A stretch of 64,000 nucleotides of DNA from Desulfobacterales bacterium (GTDB taxonomy: Bacteria; Desulfobacterota; Desulfobacteria; Desulfobacterales; UBA2174). Under the pieces are notes generated by a model. That model was not told the DNA's origin, ran no database searches, and saw nothing but the letters and a program-made list of their open reading frames with translations. A program made the position numbers and the translations under genes. The stretch is taken from assembly GCA_963668645.2 (NCBI GenBank), contig CAXXWC010000021.1:832001-896000 (forward strand), read 5' to 3'. Positions 57,425 through 64,000 of the stretch are shown here, piece by piece (the first letter of the stretch is position 1; each line of letters starts with the position of its first letter).

Positions 57425-60400
57425 CGGGGGTCTGGGTATATTGCAGCAAATCGGTAAGAATCATATTCAACAGATCCGGATGGTCTGTATTACCATATAC
57501 GGCACTGAGGTTGATAATATTCGGCCAGAAATGAAACGGCGTGAACTTTTCCGTCGATAAAGGAGGGGGGGAAGCAGCCGGTGCCAGATTGTTGAAATAA
57601 TCCGCATCGCCCGCGGCATTTGAAATCATGTCATATACCTGTTCAAGAGAAAGATTTCTTGAACCGTCGATTTCATAACCGGCGTCATAGTACTCTCTGG
57701 GGATGCTGCCTTCGAACGGGTGCGACACCCGGTAAATGTCGCTAAACGGGACGAGCGAAACATCCTGTGTGGTTATGCTCCAGTAGTACGTTTTCGGATC
57801 GGAAACCGGAGAAGCGATGCTGAAAACATTTTCCGAAACGGAAAGCCAGTAGGTCATATCCTCTCTTAACGGCTGGGCCGGCGTAAACTTGAGCCAGTCG
57901 TTTTCAACAACGACTTCACCTGCCACGGGCTTTCCCGATTCACTTTCAAGAATGGTAAAAAACGGTTCGGCATCCTCTGTTGGGAAGCTCTGTGGGGAAT
58001 CGCTGATATTCTTGTCGAATTCAACCTGAATGATGGTGTCTTGAGAGACGCCCGCCGCCGTATTTTCCTGATCAACGCTGGGGATAAGGGTCGTAATGGA
58101 ATCGGAAAAGGCGATGAGGGAGAAACTGAACTCCACCGAACAATCGCCTGTGACCGCACCGGTCGTGTAGGTGCTGTCGTCCCAGGTGCCGATCGGACAG
58201 GTGCCGCCGACCAGAGCGTCGGCTTCATAGCCGGTGTCGGGCGTCACGGTGAAACTGGCCGCGAAACCGTGCTCGACCACCCGGTTTGCAGGATCTACAC
58301 CGCCCCCGGGTCCGGCACTCGCCGCAACCGAGTACTGGTTGACGGTCCACTGCGCCGTCAGTGTCATATCCGCTGCCGGCATGGTCGATGGCAAGGCAGA
58401 ATCCCAACCGGAGAAGCTGTAGCCCTCGCGTGTCGGATCGGCAGGCGCCGCCACCTGCGTGCCGTAGTCCTGGGTGATGCTCGCCACTTCGGAACCGCCG
58501 GCACTGTCGAAGCTGATGGTGTACTGGTTAATCGTATACTGGGCGGTAACAGTCAGCTCTGTGGTCACCTGCTCAAAATTCGTATCCCACCCGGCAAAGG
58601 TGTGGCCGACCCGCGCAGGTGCATCAGGCGCCGTTGCACTGCCGCCGTACGCCACCATCTGGGTGTTGATCAACGCTCCATCGTAATCCCTGAACGTCAC
58701 CGTGTACTGATTGATCGCAAACAGAGCCGCAACGCTGATGTCCCCCGTTACGTTGGTGTCAACACGGGGGTTGTCAGTCAGACCGTCGCTCCACCCTGCA
58801 AAATGATGGCCAGTGTCAGGCACCGCCTCTACAGAACTCCCGTTGGAACCGTACCCAACGGTTTGAGGACTGGCGCCGGTGATGGTACCGTTTCCCTCCA
58901 CTGTGTACGCCAGGGTGTACGTGTTGAGACTGAAGGTCGCGGTCACCGTGCAGTTTTCAGTAACCGCACCGGTCGTGTAGGTATTGCCCTCCAAGCTGCC
59001 GCCGCAACCGGTCACACCGGCAATGCTGTAGCCCGTGTCAGGAGTCACGGTGAAGACAGCCGGAGTTCCGTGGTCAACCGTCCGGCTTGCAGGATCGATA
59101 GCGCCCCCGGGACCTGCCTCGGCCGCCACTATGTAAGCCAAGAGGGAAAAACTGAACTCCACCGAACAGTTGGCGGTTGCCGCACCGGTCGTGTAGGTGC
59201 TGCCGTCCCAGGCGCCGATCGGACAGGTGCCGCCGACCAGAGCGTCGGCTTTATAGCCGGTGTCGGGCGTCACGGTGAAACTGGCCTCGGATCCGGGCTC
59301 GACTAGCTGGATTGCAGGATCAACCTCCCCGCCGGTGCCTGCCGGAATCGTTCCGAAGATCGACAGGGCCAATGGGGGTGCGGTCCTTTGTCCGGAAACC
59401 CGCTGAAGCACGTACAGCGATTCGTCCAACCCCGCTGTGGCGTCTCCGCTCAAGTCTTCCAGTAAAGGGATGCCCGCAGGCAGCCCGCTGAGCATCCGCA
59501 GTAATGAAACAGCGTCTTCAAGGTCCGGGACCGGAAGGAAGGAATAGGCATACTGATTGTTGACACCGTCGTACACGACCAGTGTTGAGGTTTTTTCAGG
59601 GTTGAGCATGAAAAAAGTGCCCAGGTGAAAACTGCCGTCCGCCTCAGCGAAACCGGCAGCGACCCGATCATGATTTTCGTCATAAAGGGCAACCGTCAGG
59701 TAGTTTTCCAGGTCAGAGCGATTATCTGTGACCGCGCCTGCCCCACCGGTGATCTCCCGCAGGCCGAAGCGTATATGCTCCGGATGCAGCACCGGGGCCT
59801 GCTCATCCACGGGCGGAATAAAGAGAGAAAGCGCTCCGCCCATGCAGACCTGGATCGGCTGCCCCAGTGAATCGGTAAAGGATCCGTCATCCCCGCATTG
59901 AACGTATGTGGGCGCCCACTGCGCCGCAGGCGGGTCGACCGCCTCAAAGTGAATCCTCACCAATTCGCCGTCCAGAAGACGTCCCGGAGAAGGAGCGACA
60001 AACTCAAAGGCGATATAATCCGAAAAAATTTCATGCTGAAGTGCACCCGAAAATTCCGGGTGGATATAGTCAACCTGGGTCGGCACCAGATCGGCAGAGT
60101 CATATTCGATTGTCCACGAGCCGGATGCGACATCAATGATGGGTTCCTCGGCTTTCATGGTCACAATCTTGCTGCCACCGGGTAGAATCGTATCATCTTC
60201 ATCTATGCTGGACGGTTCATCCGCAATACCGGCACCATCGGGCCCATCCAGCCGAACGGCGGCATCCATCCCGGTTTGCTGGCACTGGACGTACACCCTG
60301 GAGCTTTGGGTGTCCGAGTCCCCGACGCGGACGAAAACATAGGTGCCGCTCTCGCCGCTATTGCCTGAAGGGCCATAAAGCTCGCATCCGGAGTCCTTGA

Positions 60401-60749
60401 TCTGGCAGTGCAGGGCAAATTCCACGACGATTTTGTCATCCTCTATCCAGAAACGGCCTGACTTTCGATCCAGTTCGTCATCGCCGTCCCTGAACAGGGT
60501 GTCATAGTCCCAAAGCGAGATGGTGGTATCGATGGCATCAGGGAGCTTTTTACCCTCGGGCAGCCGTATGGTGGCAATTGCAGTGGCGGTTCCACCGCAG
60601 GGGATGGGGTTGGGCGACACCGTCAGATCGATAGAGACGATATCGAAAGCGTTTCGAGCTTGCGCCGGTGTCCCTAAGAAAGTCAAAAGGCAGAAAAAGA
60701 CCACAGTCAAAGTGAATACCCGTTTTGGCATCCGGGCCTTTGTTGCCAC
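57351..60749 (-). CDS. Large secreted surface protein (cohesin-like, dockerin-like, InlB-B-type repeats, SbsA-type Ig-like domain)
   Basis: RBS GGAGG, signal peptide ending AQA; FTVTPDTGY repeats, P..P.R.G.(T/S)F.GWD repeats, IQVEFDK..LKFTPAQPL Ig-like domain. Confidence 0.85.
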   Translation of the reverse strand: MATKARMPKRVFTLTVVFFCLLTFLGTPAQARNAFDIVSIDLTVSPNPIPCGGTATAIATIRLPEGKKLPDAIDTTISLWDYDTLFRDGDDELDRKSGRFWIEDDKIVVEFALHCQIKDSGCELYGPSGNSGESGTYVFVRVGDSDTQSSRVYVQCQQTGMDAAVRLDGPDGAGIADEPSSIDEDDTILPGGSKIVTMKAEEPIIDVASGSWTIEYDSADLVPTQVDYIHPEFSGALQHEIFSDYIAFEFVAPSPGRLLDGELVRIHFEAVDPPAAQWAPTYVQCGDDGSFTDSLGQPIQVCMGGALSLFIPPVDEQAPVLHPEHIRFGLREITGGAGAVTDNRSDLENYLTVALYDENHDRVAAGFAEADGSFHLGTFFMLNPEKTSTLVVYDGVNNQYAYSFLPVPDLEDAVSLLRMLSGLPAGIPLLEDLSGDATAGLDESLYVLQRVSGQRTAPPLALSIFGTIPAGTGGEVDPAIQLVEPGSEASFTVTPDTGYKADALVGGTCPIGAWDGSTYTTGAATANCSVEFSFSLLAYIVAAEAGPGGAIDPASRTVDHGTPAVFTVTPDTGYSIAGVTGCGGSLEGNTYTTGAVTENCTVTATFSLNTYTLAYTVEGNGTITGASPQTVGYGSNGSSVEAVPDTGHHFAGWSDGLTDNPRVDTNVTGDISVAALFAINQYTVTFRDYDGALINTQMVAYGGSATAPDAPARVGHTFAGWDTNFEQVTTELTVTAQYTINQYTISFDSAGGSEVASITQDYGTQVAAPADPTREGYSFSGWDSALPSTMPAADMTLTAQWTVNQYSVAASAGPGGGVDPANRVVEHGFAASFTVTPDTGYEADALVGGTCPIGTWDDSTYTTGAVTGDCSVEFSFSLIAFSDSITTLIPSVDQENTAAGVSQDTIIQVEFDKNISDSPQSFPTEDAEPFFTILESESGKPVAGEVVVENDWLKFTPAQPLREDMTYWLSVSENVFSIASPVSDPKTYYWSITTQDVSLVPFSDIYRVSHPFEGSIPREYYDAGYEIDGSRNLSLEQVYDMISNAAGDADYFNNLAPAASPPPLSTEKFTPFHFWPNIINLSAVYGNTDHPDLLNMILTDLLQYTQTPDDLSAQITSDLSAGDRVFIARDFH
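58116..58260. repeat. Intragenic 145 bp repeat, copy A
   Basis: Near-identical to 59142-59286 (ASFTVTPDTGY.ADALVGGTCPIG.WD.STYTTGA.T..CSVEFSFSL). Confidence 0.9.
59142..59286. repeat. Intragenic 145 bp repeat, copy B
   Basis: Near-identical to 58116-58260. Confidence 0.9.
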
Positions 60750-60814
60750 GAAATACCTCCCTTGTGATTGGGGGGCGATATATAACGAGAAGGGAATAAC
60801 GATTTAGTGTTAAT

Positions 60815-60843
60815 AATTTAAAAAAACATGGTTTATGTGTCAA
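60815..60843 (-). promoter_or_regulatory. Putative sigma70 promoter of the surface protein gene
   Basis: Minus strand TTGACA (60843-60838), 17 nt, TAAATT (60820-60815). Confidence 0.6.
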
Positions 60844-60851
60844 GCTTAAAA

Positions 60852-62815
60852 CTTGGGTTTGGGATTTGTAGGCAAAAAACACCTCCGAAATTCGGCTCTT
60901 CCCAAATTCGCACCCAATAAAAACAATTAGTTACAAAAAATCGAGCCGTTTTTTGAGCCCAAATGCTGTAGGCACACGAATTTGCGGTTTAGGCCTTGAC
61001 ATAAAATATTTCAAACGCTATGTGAGTAAGCATGTACCTGCGAACCACAAAGCGCACCAATAAGGACGGCTCAACGGTCGAATACTTCCAACTGGCCCAC
61101 AACGAGCGCGATCCCAAAACCCGCAAGCCGGTCGCCAAAATCATCCACAACTTCGGGCGCACCGATCAACTCGATCGCGCTCAACTTGTGCGCCTGTGCC
61201 GATCCATCGCACGGGTCTGCGGCCTGACCGTCACCGATCCGCTCGAAAACGACCAGGCGGTCTCGGCACTGGCTGACAGCCTCAAAATTCAAGAAACCCT
61301 CGCCTTCGGCTGCCCGCTGGTTATCGAAACCCTCTGGGAACAGTTGGGGCTTCGAAAGACCTTGGCCGACATCGTCAAGGCCAAAGGGGTCCGCATCAAC
61401 TACGAACGGGCCCTATTGGCCATGACCGCCAACCGGCTCTGTGAGCCTGAATCCAAGCTGGGCGTCTGGGATCGCTGGCTGTCCACGGTTTACCTGCCGT
61501 CATGCGACGGGCTGAAGCTCGATCACATGTACGAGGCCATGGATCTGCTTCACGAACATGCGGCCGAGATCGAAAAAAACGTCTTTTTTCATACCGCCAA
61601 CCTGTTCAACCTCACCGTGGATCTGATCTTCTACGACACCACCACGGCCTCGTTCCATGTCGACCAGGAAGATGACGGTGACCGGCACGCCAACGCCACA
61701 ATGCGCAAGTTTGGCCGCAACAAGGAAGGCACTTGGTCGCCCCAAGTCGTCGTGGCCCTGGCCGTGACTCGCGAAGGCATCCCGGTGCGCAGTTGGGTGC
61801 TGCCGGGCAACACGGCCGATGTGGCCACCGTCGAAAAGATCCGCACCGATCTGCGGGGCTGGAATCTGGGCCGGGCCCTGTTTGTCGCCGACGCGGGCAT
61901 GAATTCGCAGACCAACCGCGAAGAATTGGCCCGGGCATGCGGCAAGTACCTTCTGGCCTGCCGGATGGCCAGCGTGGCCGAAATCAAACGCGATGTGCTG
62001 AGCAAACGCGGCCGCTACACCGTCATCCGAGACAACCTGCACGCAAAAGAAGTCATCGTTGGCGACGGCGAAAGGCGCAAGCGCTACATCCTGTGCTACA
62101 ACCCCAAGGAAGCCAAACGCCAGCGGCTACACCGTGAAACGATCGTTCAGATGCTCGAAACCGAACTCGATCGGCACCCGGACCCATCGGCCACGGCTCA
62201 GTGGGCGATCGAGCTGTTGGCCTCGGCGCGCTTCAAGCGGTATCTGCGCATCACCAAGGGCAACCAGGTCCGAATCGACCGGGCGGCCATCAAGGCGGCG
62301 GCCAAGTACGATGGCAAATGGGTGGTGGAAACCAACGACGATACCATCAGCCTTGAAGACGCCGTCTGCGGGTACAAAGGGTTGATGGTCATCGAGCGCT
62401 GCTTTCGCTCGCTCAAGCGCACCCAGATCAAGATGATGCCGATGTACCACTGGGCCTCGCGGCGCATTGAGGCCCATGTGAAGATCTGTGTGCTGGCGCT
62501 GATGATCGAGCGGGTGGCCGAACTCGAATGCGGCCTGCCCTGGCACCGAATTCGCCGGTCGCTGGACAAGCTGCAAGTCACAAAACTTTTCAATTTAAAT
62601 TACCGTGTGCTTATGCGCAACGAGATCCCCGTGAAAACTGCCAACATACTGAAAGCGCTTAAAATCAAATCTCCGCAGCAGGTCCTTTCACTGGAAAATC
62701 GGCCCTAAAAAGGGGCGAAAATTGTAGACACACGCTGAATTTCATTCATCGCCACAGATGCGCGTCAGATAAGGGTTTGCTCCAATTCCGTGTTCCTACG
62801 TTTCCCAAACCCAAG
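60852..62815 (+). mobile_element. Intact IS1634-family insertion sequence
   Basis: Terminal IRs CTTGGGTTTGGGATTTGTAGG / CCTACGTTTCCCAAACCCAAG (18/21 match); 5 bp target duplication TAAAA at 60847-60851 and 62816-62820. Confidence 0.92.
61032..62708 (+). CDS. IS1634-family DDE transposase
   Basis: FYDTT, GIPV....PGNTAD, VADAGM, YKGL..IERCFRSLK, RIEAHVKICVLA. Confidence 0.93.
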   Translation: MYLRTTKRTNKDGSTVEYFQLAHNERDPKTRKPVAKIIHNFGRTDQLDRAQLVRLCRSIARVCGLTVTDPLENDQAVSALADSLKIQETLAFGCPLVIETLWEQLGLRKTLADIVKAKGVRINYERALLAMTANRLCEPESKLGVWDRWLSTVYLPSCDGLKLDHMYEAMDLLHEHAAEIEKNVFFHTANLFNLTVDLIFYDTTTASFHVDQEDDGDRHANATMRKFGRNKEGTWSPQVVVALAVTREGIPVRSWVLPGNTADVATVEKIRTDLRGWNLGRALFVADAGMNSQTNREELARACGKYLLACRMASVAEIKRDVLSKRGRYTVIRDNLHAKEVIVGDGERRKRYILCYNPKEAKRQRLHRETIVQMLETELDRHPDPSATAQWAIELLASARFKRYLRITKGNQVRIDRAAIKAAAKYDGKWVVETNDDTISLEDAVCGYKGLMVIERCFRSLKRTQIKMMPMYHWASRRIEAHVKICVLALMIERVAELECGLPWHRIRRSLDKLQVTKLFNLNYRVLMRNEIPVKTANILKALKIKSPQQVLSLENRP

Positions 62816-62834
62816 TAAAAAACCATGCTTTATT

Positions 62835-63283
62835 AACGATACCATCAGCCTGCACACAGCGGGAAGCGGCATCTTCGAGGAGGGCGTCCAGGCCGAATGG
62901 GACATACGGATCAAAGACCTGCCGGTAAAGTAAGTGCAAAACGATGGGCTTGGACTGCGCAGGGTGGCTCAAGCCGGTCTGAAATCCATGGTCAGTCGTT
63001 CGACACCGTCTTCGTGTTCGGCTTTCAGGTGCCCGCCTATCTTCCGCAAGACGCGGCGCATTTTATCGTTTTCGGGCAATATGTCCGCCGTAAAGCCTTT
63101 CAACTGCCTTTCTTTGGCCAGGCGGGCCAGGGTTTCGCAAAGAAAAGCGCCGATGCCCAGATCCTGGAACCCTTCATCGACCATGATCGACAACTCGGCA
63201 TAGGGCGTGCCAGGATCGATCTGGTCAAAACGCGCCTCTGCGATAATCCGGTCACAGTCACGATCATCAGGCAGCCCGATCAG
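62835..63283. repeat. Direct repeat, right copy; includes an orphan 3' fragment of the 54754-55212 gene
   Basis: NDTISLHTAG..GVQAEWDIRIKDLPVK* at 62835-62933; matches 55111-55563. Confidence 0.9.
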
Positions 63284-64000
63284 CGACAGGGAATAGCGCA
63301 AATCGATGTTGACGTACTCTTGCATATCCGCGTGGAACATGGTCCTGACCGGGTAGAAAAAGCGGTACTGCACCGATTTTTGGGAAAGCCGGTAGAAAAA
63401 CTGGCGCATGCTTTCTTCATCGGAAGGTTTTAAGGGCCTGAAACGGACCCTGGTGGCTTTCTTGAACGTCTTATGGAATTCAGTGCCAACCGGATAAAGA
63501 TGCGCACTTTCGGCAAGAAAGATCTGATCCGGGTAAAGCAGCTTGCGCTTTTTGGCCTCGGCAACCAGGCCGGCCCGGTCGTCCGGGTGGGCGATATCAA
63601 TCAGGGCCTGGGCCCGTTCCCGTACCGAACGGCCTTTCATGTTGGCCGCGCCGTATTCGGTGACCACCGCCGTGACCGATTCCCACAAGCCGAACTGGTT
63701 GGGCCGATCACGCACCGAAATCAGGATGTTGGATCTTCCCTCGCGGTTGCGGCTGGTGAGCGCGAAGATGGCCCGGCCGCCTTCGGAAACCAGGGCTCCG
63801 TTGAAAAAATCCACCACCTCGCTCGGCCCCGAGCCCACGTTGCCTTTTCCGGTGTGAAGGGTGATGCGGCCGGAAAGATCTATCTCGCGGGCCGGCAGGA
63901 CGGCCACTGCCTTTGGGGTCCGGCTGATGTGGGTGGGATTGAAGACCTGATCGATACTGCGAAATTCCACCAGCGGGTTATGGTCCAGCCACTGCATCAG
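62969..64000 (-). CDS. Acetyl-CoA hydrolase/transferase-GNAT acetyltransferase fusion, 5'-truncated by window edge
   Basis: VVTEYGAANMKGRSVRERAQALIDIAHPDDR (CoA-transferase C-terminus), then RPLKPSDE..YRFF..V.EGFQDLGIG..LPEN..M (GNAT). Confidence 0.9.
   Translation of the reverse strand: MMQWLDHNPLVEFRSIDQVFNPTHISRTPKAVAVLPAREIDLSGRITLHTGKGNVGSGPSEVVDFFNGALVSEGGRAIFALTSRNREGRSNILISVRDRPNQFGLWESVTAVVTEYGAANMKGRSVRERAQALIDIAHPDDRAGLVAEAKKRKLLYPDQIFLAESAHLYPVGTEFHKTFKKATRVRFRPLKPSDEESMRQFFYRLSQKSVQYRFFYPVRTMFHADMQEYVNIDLRYSLSLIGLPDDRDCDRIIAEARFDQIDPGTPYAELSIMVDEGFQDLGIGAFLCETLARLAKERQLKGFTADILPENDKMRRVLRKIGGHLKAEHEDGVERLTMDFRPA

Noticed and set aside
57800..59300. Repeats as a CRISPR array or DGR template/variable pair
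   Set aside because: They are in-frame protein domain repeats without spacers; the differences are not adenine-specific and no RT or cas genes are present.
1..64000. tRNA, rRNA and CRISPR arrays
   Set aside because: None recognised by eye; tRNAscan-SE or CRISPR finders would be needed to exclude them fully.

Overview
64 kb from a GC-rich anaerobic deltaproteobacterium (gene content and style resemble Desulfobacterales/Desulfosarcina; this is inference). GC-rich core genes alternate with AT-richer accessory patches. In order: a membrane GGDEF protein; a methyltransferase + TonB-dependent receptor + Nik/Dpp-type ABC operon behind a structured attenuator-like leader; aldo-keto reductase; two near-identical nitroreductase copies bracketing a block with IclR-TRAP-panB, a UGA-containing DsbA/FrnE selenoprotein that the ORF track truncates, and an SGNH esterase; an AT-rich island (serine hydrolase, PAS hybrid kinase, Cache-GGDEF, three secreted/unknown proteins, IS and intron scars); a candidate sigma54 sRNA; prfC; a phytochelatin-synthase-like protein; an orphan E1 alpha/beta pair; a FecR-like protein; a MocR/PdxR + atypical class III aminotransferase + pdxST operon; SNF2 + SWIM; and a ~7.3 kb island between ~450 bp direct repeats. 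That island carries a giant surface protein, apparently split by a frameshift, with cohesin-like, dockerin-like and InlB-type repeats, plus an intact IS1634-family element. No rRNA, tRNA or CRISPR array was seen. All family calls come from recognising motifs by eye, not from database searches.
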